Below are positions 1 through 10,385 of a DNA stretch of 64,000 bases, piece by piece (position 1 is the first letter of the stretch; each line of letters starts with the position of its first letter). The DNA comes from an uncultured Alphaproteobacteria bacterium. GTDB taxonomy: Bacteria; Pseudomonadota; Alphaproteobacteria; Rs-D84. Position numbers and translations under genes: made by a program. Below the pieces are notes generated by a model that saw nothing but the letters and a program-made list of their open reading frames with translations, was not told the DNA's origin and searched no databases. Location: NCBI GenBank assembly GCA_944392565.1, contig CALXWX010000003.1:66964-130963 (forward strand). Direction: 5' to 3'.

Positions 1-117
1 CAGGACAATGTTTAAAAAACCGTTCAACATCAGACTATCAAACCGTGATATTTATCCCATACAAATCGTGTAATTAATTTTATTGTGTTCTGGTTTTGGG
101 TATATATAATTATCACC

Positions 118-2040
118 ATGAAAAATATACATACACTAATTGATTCGCACGATATAATATCATTTGATATATTTGATACATTATTAACGCGTCCATATAT
201 AAATCCATACCATTTAATGCGACATATTGAAAATTGCATGAATGTTCCTGGATTTTATAACGCGCGAATGATGGCGGAACATATTGCGCGTAAAAAATCG
301 GTGCGCGAAGATATAACATTGGACGAAATATACGAAAATATTGACGCGCAATTTCAGAATTTAAAAGATACAGAACTGGATTTTGAATATCGTGTTCTGC
401 GTCCGCGTGATGATGTTCGGGATTTATACGAATACGCGATTAAATGTGGCAAGAAAATCGCAATATTATCAGATATGTATTTGCCGCGTGATTTTTTGAT
501 ATCTGTATTAAAAAAATGCGGGTACCAGAAATATGATTGGTTGTATGTATCGGGTGATGTGGGTGTTGCAAAACATACTGGCAATATGTACCGGAAATTT
601 TTAACAGATTGCGGTATAAAACCAGACAAGATATTACATATTGGCGATTCTGAAATTTCGGATGTAAAAATGCCGCGCGCGAATGGTATTCATGCCGTTC
701 GCGTGCCGCGTATTTCAGAATTATTTTTATCATCACCACAAAATCACAGGTTTCGTGAATTATATGATTTAAATCCAGATTCCTTGGAAATCAGCATAAT
801 ATTAATGCAACTGGCGCGCCATTTTGCAATAAAGAATGATTTCCTGGGGACCGGTGTATCGTATTGGCACGATTTTGGATATGCGATTGGTGGACCGGTT
901 GCGTATGGTTTTTGTAAATATATACAATCTGTGGCGCACGAAAATAATTTAAAACAATTACTGTTTATTGCGCGTGACGGGTACACTTTGCATCGCGTGT
1001 TTGATTTAATTTCGGCAAATTCAGATATAAAATCATTCTATGTTTATGCCCAGCGTATATTGCGTGCAAAATGCATGTTGGAATATGGCGATGAACATAA
1101 TGCAGATGTGCTGATTGATATGTTGCGTAATGCAAATATAAATATACCAAATTTTGCGGATTATACCGCAAAGCGTAAATTTATATGTGAAAATATAGAC
1201 ATATTGCGTAATGACGCTGATACGCATATGTCTGAATATCGTAAATATTTATCAGACACTGGCATTGATTTTTCATTACCAACAATGGTTGTTGATTCTG
1301 GGGCGGCAACTTTTTCCGCCCAGCGTTTAATATCCGCCGCCGCAGGTCGGGCGATTGACGGTATCTATACAATAATAACCAAGCCAGATTATGCGCGTAA
1401 AAATAATATCCGATATAATGTATGGTCTGAAAGCCCATCTGATATTGATAATATCACATCGGTAATTGAATTTATATTCATGGCGCCCCAGGCACCTGTC
1501 ACAGATTTAATAAATGGTGCGCCGGTGTATCAAGAAAATCCACATCCATCAGAATTATTCCGTAATAATATCGCCCCCGAAATCAGCAATGGCATTACGG
1601 ATTTTGTATCAGATATTGTTGATGCGCTGGATGGATTAACCCCAGAATTTAATCCAATAAGTGTTAATGAATATGTTCGATGGTTTTTGTGTAATTTATC
1701 AAAGATGGATATAAAAATGCTGGGACTGGTCCGGTGCGCATCAAATGCATCACACACAGAATATAACCAGCGTTTATTAGATATGATATATGGGTATTCG
1801 CGCACAAACAGGGCAATATATTTGCTGTGTTTTAAAATATTTACACAAATTAAATATACAGATTCCATAAAAATATACATCGGCAATAAAATACCATTTA
1901 TTAATGCAACGCGACGGCACAATAAAACAAAATACAGACTGTTTAATATAATCCCATTATTGACGGTCAAGAATAAAAACACCCACCGTTGCTATGATTT
2001 GTTTGGAATCTTGCGTATAATGCGTGTGAAAGATAAATGA
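118..2040 (+). CDS. HAD-superfamily hydrolase domain protein (large, C-terminal region unassigned)
   Basis: ORF 85..2040. The likely start is M at 118 (MKNIHTLIDSHDIISFDIFDTLLTRPY). The N-terminus carries HAD motif I (DxFDTLL). The remaining ~600 aa are unassigned. The gene sits upstream of, and convergent with, the glycosyltransferase operon. Confidence 0.4.
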   Translation: MKNIHTLIDSHDIISFDIFDTLLTRPYINPYHLMRHIENCMNVPGFYNARMMAEHIARKKSVREDITLDEIYENIDAQFQNLKDTELDFEYRVLRPRDDVRDLYEYAIKCGKKIAILSDMYLPRDFLISVLKKCGYQKYDWLYVSGDVGVAKHTGNMYRKFLTDCGIKPDKILHIGDSEISDVKMPRANGIHAVRVPRISELFLSSPQNHRFRELYDLNPDSLEISIILMQLARHFAIKNDFLGTGVSYWHDFGYAIGGPVAYGFCKYIQSVAHENNLKQLLFIARDGYTLHRVFDLISANSDIKSFYVYAQRILRAKCMLEYGDEHNADVLIDMLRNANINIPNFADYTAKRKFICENIDILRNDADTHMSEYRKYLSDTGIDFSLPTMVVDSGAATFSAQRLISAAAGRAIDGIYTIITKPDYARKNNIRYNVWSESPSDIDNITSVIEFIFMAPQAPVTDLINGAPVYQENPHPSELFRNNIAPEISNGITDFVSDIVDALDGLTPEFNPISVNEYVRWFLCNLSKMDIKMLGLVRCASNASHTEYNQRLLDMIYGYSRTNRAIYLLCFKIFTQIKYTDSIKIYIGNKIPFINATRRHNKTKYRLFNIIPLLTVKNKNTHRCYDLFGILRIMRVKDK

Positions 2041-2979
2041 TTATTTATTTGATAAGTAATTAATTAATTTTTTGGTTATTTTCCATTTGGGAAAATATAT
2101 TTCTATGAAACGGCATAATTTTAAATCTGTGCCGGTATAATATTGTTTTATCCAATCTTTTGCGTTTATTGGACAATATCCTTGAAAATGAATTAATGGA
2201 AATCTTAATTTTTTATTTGTATTTTTATCAAATGCATAAACAGCACCGTTTTCAAATACTAATTTTTTTCGTACGCCATCTGCCACACATTCCGTTGTGT
2301 CCATGATAGTCTCGTCAATGCGTGTCAATTCCCCATTTAATACAAATGGCTGCGACAAGTTGAAAAATTTATTTTTATTTTCTTGCGCAAAAAAGAATAT
2401 CTGGGTCATATCACACACACCAAATGGTTCATTACGCGAATGATGCCAATTCATTTTTTCATCGAACAAAGATAAATATTTTTTGTCCTGATAAGATTTA
2501 ATGAATAAATCCAGCATTCTTTTTAACGCATCGCGATGAAAATATCCAATCGGGGGACCCGCAATCCACCAACCTGGATTTTCTGCATCCAGATTTTTGG
2601 CACTGACGGCAAACGGATAATTTTTTAACAATGCATGCAGGTCGTTTAAATTGTCATAAACTAATACATCTGAATCTAATGAAAATACATCTTCTAAATT
2701 GTGGGCTTTCATATATTCATAAACACAGAACCATCGTTGATAACAAAATAATTCATATTCAACAGATGTAGAATTTAAATGTGTGTATACTTGCGCAAAA
2801 TCATTTGCCATATTCCAATAATCTTTCAGAAAAACATGCTTTGTAAAACGGCAATTTTTATTAGATTCATCGCCCATCAATATTATATTTGCATCCGGAT
2901 TGGTGTGTGCAATCTGGGATAATACATATTTTAAATGTGGTGGATTCCCACGATGGGTAATAATAATATTACATACCAT
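2041..2979 (-). CDS. Hypothetical protein, last gene of the glycosyltransferase operon
   Basis: 312-aa ORF overlapping the upstream GT8 gene by 11 nt. No clear motif beyond a possible DSD. Its position in the operon suggests a polysaccharide-modifying enzyme. Confidence 0.35.
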   Translation of the reverse strand: MVCNIIITHRGNPPHLKYVLSQIAHTNPDANIILMGDESNKNCRFTKHVFLKDYWNMANDFAQVYTHLNSTSVEYELFCYQRWFCVYEYMKAHNLEDVFSLDSDVLVYDNLNDLHALLKNYPFAVSAKNLDAENPGWWIAGPPIGYFHRDALKRMLDLFIKSYQDKKYLSLFDEKMNWHHSRNEPFGVCDMTQIFFFAQENKNKFFNLSQPFVLNGELTRIDETIMDTTECVADGVRKKLVFENGAVYAFDKNTNKKLRFPLIHFQGYCPINAKDWIKQYYTGTDLKLCRFIEIYFPKWKITKKLINYLSNK

Positions 2980-3937
2980 ATTTCATGCCTTTAACTTTTT
3001 TTAATTCATGTCGCCATTTTTTTACCGGACAAATTTTTATTAAAAATTTTGCACCAATGATTTTAAGTTTTGTCTTTATCCCCGGAAAATAGAATTCACG
3101 ATTATAAAATGGCGAATTTTTAATATATTCCCAATAATATTTTGGAATGTCATCATATTTTCGCATCCATATCTTTGGCCATCCACCCGCATAGTGAATT
3201 ATCATGGGTTTTTCTTTTGCATGTGCCAGCATTGCATGTGAATGCGCCCGCGCCAACCATGGATATTCTGGGGCATTTTTAATATCATCATTATCATATA
3301 TTCCTTCCAATACACAATATTCAAATGGCACAGATGCAATTTTATCCGCACCCAAATTTAAAACATCTAAATCAAAGAATTTTAATCGCGCCCCAAATGT
3401 ACTTATTATATCAAAAAATGTTTTCAGTTTATTTTCTGCGCGCCATTTGCGGGCATTAATTATCATAAATCCCGGCATGTAAATAAAATCATGCGTATTT
3501 TCTGGATAGTGTGGATGAACCCCATCTGTTTCATCGGCGCGTTCGGCAATAACACCCGCCCAATCGGCATCACCAATTGACATATTGTATATATCAGTCA
3601 AATCCCCACGGAATAAAACATCAACATCCGACCAAATAATTTTATCGTATTGCGGGATTAAATCCGCGACCAGTAATCTGTAATATGTTTCGATACCACT
3701 CCACCCCATTGGGGCATCTTTTAACATTGATGCGTCAACCCGTATCCAGTTTATCGGATGGATTTTTTCGATTTTTCGCATAACCGACGATTTTAATCCC
3801 GAATGCAATACAAAGATATCGTATTGCGTATCTGGTTTTGCGGCATCGATTAATGACTGTATCGCAATACCGGCGGGTAAAGCATAATTATCATCAAATG
3901 CAAAAACAATTGGTATTTTATTATGGTTGCGGGTCAT
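2969..3937 (-). CDS. Glycosyltransferase family 8 (LPS glycosyltransferase-like)
   Basis: N-terminus IPIVFAFDDNYALPAGIAIQSLI is typical of GT8 (RfaJ/GspA-like). ATGA overlap with the upstream gene. Confidence 0.6.
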   Translation of the reverse strand: MTRNHNKIPIVFAFDDNYALPAGIAIQSLIDAAKPDTQYDIFVLHSGLKSSVMRKIEKIHPINWIRVDASMLKDAPMGWSGIETYYRLLVADLIPQYDKIIWSDVDVLFRGDLTDIYNMSIGDADWAGVIAERADETDGVHPHYPENTHDFIYMPGFMIINARKWRAENKLKTFFDIISTFGARLKFFDLDVLNLGADKIASVPFEYCVLEGIYDNDDIKNAPEYPWLARAHSHAMLAHAKEKPMIIHYAGGWPKIWMRKYDDIPKYYWEYIKNSPFYNREFYFPGIKTKLKIIGAKFLIKICPVKKWRHELKKVKGMKYGM

Positions 3938-6075
3938 TTCAATATTTCCTGTAAATTATTAATGCTTTCGCGTTTTATTTCATTGGCGGTTGTTATTAAT
4001 TCATTGCGCATTGTTTCATATTCTGCACCAGATATATTAATCGCGCGCATCATTGCATCAGCCATATCGCCGCTGTACACAATTGCGTTTGAATTATTAA
4101 AGCGATAAAAATCCGCAAATTTAGAATGAATTACCGGTACCTTGGCAAATCCATATATCAGCTGTGCCGAACCGGTCACGCCGGTGGTTAAATATCTGTC
4201 GTGCGCGGGATTTTCTGGATCTAACAATGGCAAGAAAAAGTCCGCATTTTCCAATTTTTCAAACATATCTGGGAAATTTAATCGACCTGTTATTTCAAAG
4301 AATTTACGAATGTTCGCCGGGATTTTAAATACATTACCACGACCAACGACAATTATTTTAAATTCTGCCCCATGTTGTGCCAATTTTTGTGCGGCATCAA
4401 CCAATATGTCAAAGTTTTTTCTTTTCCCTTCTATATTTCCAACGGTTATGAATGTGGTGGGCGTATGCCGTGGCAATTGTGTTGTTTCGCCAAAATCGTG
4501 GACATTCACAAACACACCACGGTCAAATTTTCCCAGTGTAATTAATTTATTTGAATTTAAAAATTCTTGTTCTTTGAATTGTTCAATATCACATAAATCA
4601 TGTTCAAATACAAATGGTGAAATTTTTGATTTAGCAAATAATGGCAATGCACATCCATATTCACCATTTGATTTAGTTATATAATAACATGCGCTGGTCA
4701 TCAGAAATGCATGTTTATATTTTGCTGTTTTATTTGCATTTAAAAACCAATGTTCTTTTTGTGGTTGGGTTTTATAAATTCGCACATTTTTCAAATTTTG
4801 CCGACAAAATGGTTGTTCTTTTATTATTTGATTGTTTATCAATATATCTACTTTATACCCCATATCTATCATGTATTTCAGCATTGCGCCAATAACTTCG
4901 CCATGACAATCATTGCATTCGAACAATAAAACACTGTTTTTACGGATTGGTAAAAATATAAATTTTAAATAATTGAATATAATATTGATTGGAATTGTTA
5001 TTCCAAGTATATATACATGAGGCGTATTATGCATATATTTTCTTTTATAAACAGATAATGGTCCAATTCTGAATTCTGTGCGGAAAAATGTACGCGTATA
5101 TTTTGCCAGTCCCATCATATATGTATAGAATTGTGGTACAAACTTTCCGTGCTGAATCAATTCGATATTTTTATGTACATATGTGTCAATTGTTGGGTGG
5201 GTATATACGCGTGATATAAATTCATTTGCCGCCGAATATATGATTTTTCTGTTTTTACGATTTTTTGCATTTAATAACATTGTGCTGATTTCTGGGATGA
5301 AAACATGCCGCCAAAAATCATCATAATTTATATTCCACAGTCCGTATTCATCCATATGTTTTTGATATTCAATAACAACATGCAACGCATCCATCCAATA
5401 CGATGCGTGTTTATTGAATGTTCTATTCATAATTGACGCACGCCGCCGCCGATAATTGTATAATTTGTCTGTAATAAAAGTAATTTTATTCGCATGACAC
5501 ATATACATGCGAAAAAAGCAACTGTCTTCATATACTTTTCCTGATGGGAAACGCAAATTATATTTTTCGATTATATCGCGCCGGAATATTTTGTTCCACA
5601 GTGCAACATTTGTTCTGCCAACAACTGAACCAGATACATCCACAGTTTCATTATTTGCAATATTGAAATACCCGATATCTGTCTTGGCAATTTTATTATC
5701 TGTTTCGTATACTACATTTGTGCCGCATACTGCGATATCAGATTTGTTTTTTGTTATTGCGTTATACATTTTTTCGCACATATCTGGTTGCATCCAGTCA
5801 TCTGGATCGCACCACATTATGTATGGTGCTGTCGCGGCATTTAATCCGACATTTCGTGTGTCTGCAATGCCCATGTTGTGCGGATTGTTAATTACTTTTA
5901 TACGCGTATCTTTTTTTGCAAATTGATTGACAATTTGTATACTGTTGTCTGTCCCGCAATCATTGACACAAATTATTTCAATGTCGCGCATTGTTTGATT
6001 TACAACAGATTCCATTGCCTGGGCGACATATTTTTCGACATTATAAATTGGAATGATTATTGATATTTTTGCCAT
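3934..6075 (-). CDS. Bifunctional glycosyltransferase (N-terminal GT2 domain, C-terminal GT4/group-1-like domain)
   Basis: N-terminus ISIIIPIYNVEKYV...DIEIICVNDCGTDNS is a GT2 signature. The C-terminal third (ILVDAAQKLAQHGAEFKIIVVGRGN...) resembles GT1/GT4 retaining transferases. Length 713 aa. Confidence 0.5.
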   Translation of the reverse strand: MAKISIIIPIYNVEKYVAQAMESVVNQTMRDIEIICVNDCGTDNSIQIVNQFAKKDTRIKVINNPHNMGIADTRNVGLNAATAPYIMWCDPDDWMQPDMCEKMYNAITKNKSDIAVCGTNVVYETDNKIAKTDIGYFNIANNETVDVSGSVVGRTNVALWNKIFRRDIIEKYNLRFPSGKVYEDSCFFRMYMCHANKITFITDKLYNYRRRRASIMNRTFNKHASYWMDALHVVIEYQKHMDEYGLWNINYDDFWRHVFIPEISTMLLNAKNRKNRKIIYSAANEFISRVYTHPTIDTYVHKNIELIQHGKFVPQFYTYMMGLAKYTRTFFRTEFRIGPLSVYKRKYMHNTPHVYILGITIPINIIFNYLKFIFLPIRKNSVLLFECNDCHGEVIGAMLKYMIDMGYKVDILINNQIIKEQPFCRQNLKNVRIYKTQPQKEHWFLNANKTAKYKHAFLMTSACYYITKSNGEYGCALPLFAKSKISPFVFEHDLCDIEQFKEQEFLNSNKLITLGKFDRGVFVNVHDFGETTQLPRHTPTTFITVGNIEGKRKNFDILVDAAQKLAQHGAEFKIIVVGRGNVFKIPANIRKFFEITGRLNFPDMFEKLENADFFLPLLDPENPAHDRYLTTGVTGSAQLIYGFAKVPVIHSKFADFYRFNNSNAIVYSGDMADAMMRAINISGAEYETMRNELITTANEIKRESINNLQEILK

Positions 6076-6081
6076 GACATA

Positions 6082-7188
6082 TTACCGCTTGGTTGAAATA
6101 ATCGGAATTCCGCACAGACGCACAATGCTTTTTCGACCGCGGGATTGGACATTTATTATCGGGATTAAATCGAATAATAATAAACGCATATCGCACCCAT
6201 CCAGTACAGATATTTTCAGCATCGGTATTATACCAAATATCCGTATGCGTATGTTTTTCACAAACAATGTATGATAAATTGCCGTCGGATTTGACTTTCG
6301 TATTGCGCGCCACATTCTGGGGCGTACAATTTGTTTAATATATTCTGGATTTTTTATATTTGAATAAATCCATATAAACAAATTACATAATTTTATTTTA
6401 TCCGATTGGATTATTTTTTTTCCCGCCAAATATGCCGCCATATCCATAACGCGTCGCACCAGGTTATTGTATTCGTCTGTATACATATCTGGTTGTGTGT
6501 TTCCCCATTGAATCAATTGCTGGATTGCACTGACCCCAGAATCTATCTTGCAGGTGGAAAATGCGGCACTGTCCGCGGAATCCTCGTGCCTTATGTACCA
6601 ATACGATACATCATCTGTTGTCGCAACCATATTTGCAAAGTGTACAGATTTTATTAAAAACACCAGGTCTTCGGATACAATCAGTCCATCTGGGAAACGA
6701 ATGTTGTTTTGATTTAAAAATTCACGCCGGTAAATTGCGGTCCAAAAACATGTACAGAAATTATATTTTGCCGTGCGGATTTCGTCGTTTGAATTTAAAA
6801 CAGATGTTGCCCCATTGGTATCAACCATTTTTGCAATGCCCTTGGCGATATCGGCATGATTATCTGTGGCTAGTTTATAAAGCACAGCAAAAAAGTTTTT
6901 ATCCACCGTATCGTCCGGGTCAACAAATCCGATATATTCCCCACGCGCCATATCAATCCCGGCATTACGCACCGCCGCAACCCCACGATTTTTATTAAAT
7001 TCTATGACATGAATTCTTGAATCTTGTTCGGCAAAATCATGCATTATTGCCCGTGTATTATCATTTGATTTATCATCAATGCAGATAATTTCAATATCAT
7101 GCAATGTTTGTTGAACCAGACAATCCAGACATTCTGGCAAAAATTTTCCAACATTATAACATGGAACAATAATCGAAACACGAACCAT
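6082..7188 (-). CDS. Glycosyltransferase family 2
   Basis: VSIIVPCYNVGKFLPECLDCLVQQTLHDIEIICIDDKSNDNT is a GT2 signature with DxD. Start overlaps the stop of the upstream GT4 gene. Confidence 0.6.
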   Translation of the reverse strand: MVRVSIIVPCYNVGKFLPECLDCLVQQTLHDIEIICIDDKSNDNTRAIMHDFAEQDSRIHVIEFNKNRGVAAVRNAGIDMARGEYIGFVDPDDTVDKNFFAVLYKLATDNHADIAKGIAKMVDTNGATSVLNSNDEIRTAKYNFCTCFWTAIYRREFLNQNNIRFPDGLIVSEDLVFLIKSVHFANMVATTDDVSYWYIRHEDSADSAAFSTCKIDSGVSAIQQLIQWGNTQPDMYTDEYNNLVRRVMDMAAYLAGKKIIQSDKIKLCNLFIWIYSNIKNPEYIKQIVRPRMWRAIRKSNPTAIYHTLFVKNIRIRIFGIIPMLKISVLDGCDMRLLLFDLIPIINVQSRGRKSIVRLCGIPIISTKR

Positions 7189-8375
7189 TATAATACCCCC
7201 GCGTTTCCCATAACAGATTTAAACAGTTCAGATATCTGTGTTGCGATTTTATCAGCGGAAAATCTGTCCAGCCCATCTGTTGCATTTTTTACTATTTTTT
7301 GTACATCAATTTCATTGTGCCATACTTGTTGCATTAATTTTGCCAGTTCATTTGCGTCCCCCGGGGTAAACAATAACCCCGCGTCCCCATTCATCAGTAT
7401 TTCTGCGGGACCATTTTTGCAATCTGATGCAATGTTTATTGTGCCACATGCGGCACTTTCCACCAGCACCATCCCCATGCCCTCATTATAACTGGATAAT
7501 ATATGTGCGATTGCGCCGCGCATATATCCAAATGGATTATGTGTTGCCCCAACAAAAATAATATTTTCCCCGCAAGACTTATTTTCTGCGTATTTTCGCA
7601 GTGCGGTCGCCTGGGGTCCATCACCAACCAAAACCAAATTTACATCTGGTTGTTTTGCTTTATCCCAGAAAATACCAAACGCATCGATAATTGTTTTTAT
7701 ATCTTTGTCAGCATCCAACCTGGAAACCGCACAAAAATATTTTCCATTAAAGGTTTCGCCATCTTTTGCCATCTGGCGCACCCGGTTGGTATTAATCGGA
7801 TTATATATTTGCACGATTTTATTTGCATATTTGGGGTATTTTAATTTGAAATCTGATTCAAACGAATGTGTTAGACAGACAACTTTGTCATACAATGCCA
7901 GATATTTATCCATTTTATTGCTGGTAAAGAAATCAATTGACCCATGAATCCATGTTATTTTTTTATTCGGGAATTTTTGCAGTATTTTTGCAAATGATGC
8001 ATTTTTATAGTCGATTACTAAATCGCAATCAGAAAATATTCCCCGCCGCATTGCACGATGATTTTTGTATTTTTTATATAAACTGTATATAATTTTTCGA
8101 ATGTTTTTCAGTGGAAAAACATGCATATATTTTTTTGCCGCATCAAAAATATGTGCCGCCGGATACATGGTGTACAGTTTTATATTTGGATGCGCGCGAA
8201 ACCATTCTTGGAAATATTTATCCTGGATTTTTTCCTGGGTTACGACAACAACATCTGCGTCCAGTTTTTTTATTGTGCCATCCAGTATTTCGATAAACAC
8301 ACATTCGACGCCGCCGATTAATACTTCTGGGATACAAAATGCAATTTTCATACGCATTTTATCCCCCATATACAA
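7188..8375 (-). CDS. Glycosyltransferase family 4 (group 1)
   Basis: MKIAFCIPEVLIGGVECVF N-terminus and a C-terminal GT4-like E-x7-E region. First gene of the minus-strand operon. The true start may be MRMKIAF a few codons in. Confidence 0.5.
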   Translation of the reverse strand: MYMGDKMRMKIAFCIPEVLIGGVECVFIEILDGTIKKLDADVVVVTQEKIQDKYFQEWFRAHPNIKLYTMYPAAHIFDAAKKYMHVFPLKNIRKIIYSLYKKYKNHRAMRRGIFSDCDLVIDYKNASFAKILQKFPNKKITWIHGSIDFFTSNKMDKYLALYDKVVCLTHSFESDFKLKYPKYANKIVQIYNPINTNRVRQMAKDGETFNGKYFCAVSRLDADKDIKTIIDAFGIFWDKAKQPDVNLVLVGDGPQATALRKYAENKSCGENIIFVGATHNPFGYMRGAIAHILSSYNEGMGMVLVESAACGTINIASDCKNGPAEILMNGDAGLLFTPGDANELAKLMQQVWHNEIDVQKIVKNATDGLDRFSADKIATQISELFKSVMGNAGVL

Positions 8376-8578
8376 AAATTCCCCGTATTAATACGAGTAT
8401 CACCATGAAAAAACATAAAAATTCCTTTGCGTTTGAAGACAAAAGACATGCACATTTTCTGTGCATCATTTCAACAATAATACATCCATATTATAATCGC
8501 AAGAAAAAATAAAAATAATTGAAAATCGGGCGATCGTTTGATATTCTTTCAAAATGTATATAAAAAGGAATTTATAAT

Positions 8579-9544
8579 ATGGCTATAAAAGTGCGCGATT
8601 ACGAAGTGCGTTTAACACGGAACAAAGACGAACGTCGCCAGGTGCGTCAATTGCGCTATGATGTTTTTGTAGAGGAAGAGGGCGCATCCGCCACCGAAGA
8701 ACAGCGCGCGTTGCGTGAAGAATACGATGCGTACGACAGATATGCGGAATATCTGGGGGTATTTCATAATGGGAAAATTGTTGGTACATATCGTATTATT
8801 GACAGAAATGCCGCCGAAAAGATGGGTGGTTTTTACACAGAAAATGAATTTAACATATCAAAAATAAAAAATGTTGGCGGCAATATTGCCGAAATGTCGC
8901 GTGCGTGTGTTGCGCGCGAATATCGCGAAAATGCGTTGGTTATGCGCCTGTTGTGGGCGGGACTGGGTGAATATGTAATGCGTCGCAAGATTGCGGTTTT
9001 ATTTGGTGTTGCATCATGGGTTGGGACCAAGCCTGTTGAATCTGCCCAGGCGATATCATACCTGTACTATAATCATTTATCGCCATTGGGGCTGCGTGCA
9101 ACGGTATTAAGTGAAAATTTTGCCGATGGTGTAAATCCGAAACTGGCGCGCATGAATATATTGCCGCGTGAATTTATTGACGAAGACGATGCCCGCCGTC
9201 AAATGACCCCGCTTATCAAGGGATATTTGCGCCTGGGTGCCACATTCGGCAAGGGTGTGTTTATCGATAAACCATTTAACACATACGATGTTTTCGTTAT
9301 GGTACAAACCAAGAAAATAGATGCTGCATATCAAAAACATTTCTTGGGGCGTGAAAATGCACTGGAACATCTGGATGTACGCGATGGCGCATTAAAGACT
9401 GTTGGAAAAATAATGCTGTTGCCGGTAACGGGGTCTTTCAAGATGGTTCGTGCATTCTTTGATTTTCTGCTGCGCGAAGATGGGGCTGATGTTGAATACA
9501 TTGATGACAAGGATGATGATTCTAATAATGGGGACAATAAATAA
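8579..9544 (+). CDS. olsB: Ornithine-lipid N-acyltransferase OlsB-like (GNAT-fold 'putative hemolysin' family)
   Basis: Acyl-ACP-dependent N-acyltransferase-like sequence (VRQLRYDVFVEEEGA...GTYRII...). It is directly followed by and translationally coupled (TAATG) to a PlsC-family acyltransferase, the canonical olsB-olsA arrangement. Confidence 0.5.
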   Translation: MAIKVRDYEVRLTRNKDERRQVRQLRYDVFVEEEGASATEEQRALREEYDAYDRYAEYLGVFHNGKIVGTYRIIDRNAAEKMGGFYTENEFNISKIKNVGGNIAEMSRACVAREYRENALVMRLLWAGLGEYVMRRKIAVLFGVASWVGTKPVESAQAISYLYYNHLSPLGLRATVLSENFADGVNPKLARMNILPREFIDEDDARRQMTPLIKGYLRLGATFGKGVFIDKPFNTYDVFVMVQTKKIDAAYQKHFLGRENALEHLDVRDGALKTVGKIMLLPVTGSFKMVRAFFDFLLREDGADVEYIDDKDDDSNNGDNK

Positions 9545-10371
9545 TGACACGCGTCAGAAAACAGAATATATTTAATACGACTGGGGCTGTTTTTAAATTT
9601 ATTATATTTTGGTTGCTGGTTGTTATTCAATTGCCTGTACTGTTTGTTTTACCGCGTGGTGCGATATCTGTACGATATATGCGTTTTTTCATGCGTGTAT
9701 TGTTATATGTGTCTGGGGTGCGGATTCGTGTTCATGGCACATTGTCATCGCATCGACCATTGCTGGTAATATCAAATCATATATCTATTTTTGAAATTGC
9801 AACATTCCCGGTTGCATTGGGGGGCAGCTTTATTGCCAAGAAAGAAATGGAACATTGGCCATTGGTTGGTTGGGTTTCGCGAAAATTTGGTGTCGTATTT
9901 ATTGATCGCCGTCCATCACATGCGATTGATGCATTAAAGCAAGTTCAGCAGACTGTTGCAAATGTATCATACCCAATTTTCTTGTTTCCTGAGGGTACAA
10001 CAACAAACGGTGCATATGTAAAACCATTTAAAAGTACATTATTCAATTTTGTTGAAAATTCAGATGTCGTTGTTCAACCATTGGTTATGAATTACCGTTT
10101 TCGTGATGGCGGTGTAATCAGTGATACTGATATGGCACAACATTTTGCATACTTTAATAATGCAAATCAAGATATGGGACCTGCCTGTTCGCGTGAACGC
10201 AGTGCATTTGGGCAATTATTTCACATAATGGTACTGGGCGGATTTTTGGTTGAATTAACTGTATTGCCGCCACCGCCGTTGGCGGGCATGGACAGAAAGC
10301 AGATTGCAGAAACACTGCACAAAATTGTTTCTGATAAATATATGGAATTAAAAGATAAACCAGTTAAGTAG
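9544..10371 (+). CDS. olsA: Lyso-ornithine lipid O-acyltransferase OlsA-like (1-acylglycerol-3-phosphate acyltransferase/PlsC family)
   Basis: N-terminal TM segment, the HxxxxD-region NHISIFE and the FPEGTTTNG motif of the PlsC family. Coupled to the olsB-like gene. Confidence 0.5.
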   Translation: MTRVRKQNIFNTTGAVFKFIIFWLLVVIQLPVLFVLPRGAISVRYMRFFMRVLLYVSGVRIRVHGTLSSHRPLLVISNHISIFEIATFPVALGGSFIAKKEMEHWPLVGWVSRKFGVVFIDRRPSHAIDALKQVQQTVANVSYPIFLFPEGTTTNGAYVKPFKSTLFNFVENSDVVVQPLVMNYRFRDGGVISDTDMAQHFAYFNNANQDMGPACSRERSAFGQLFHIMVLGGFLVELTVLPPPPLAGMDRKQIAETLHKIVSDKYMELKDKPVK

Positions 10372-10385
10372 AAAGAGATTTTATT

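Noticed and set aside
4142-4684. Numerous 60-180 aa ORFs antisense to, or in alternative frames of, confidently assigned genes (e.g. 4142..4684, 5507..5926, 14942..15818 cluster, 29517..30518 cluster, 36357..36749)
   Set aside because: They sit inside well-supported genes, mostly in locally GC-rich stretches where stop codons are rare. They have no RBS or homology signals.
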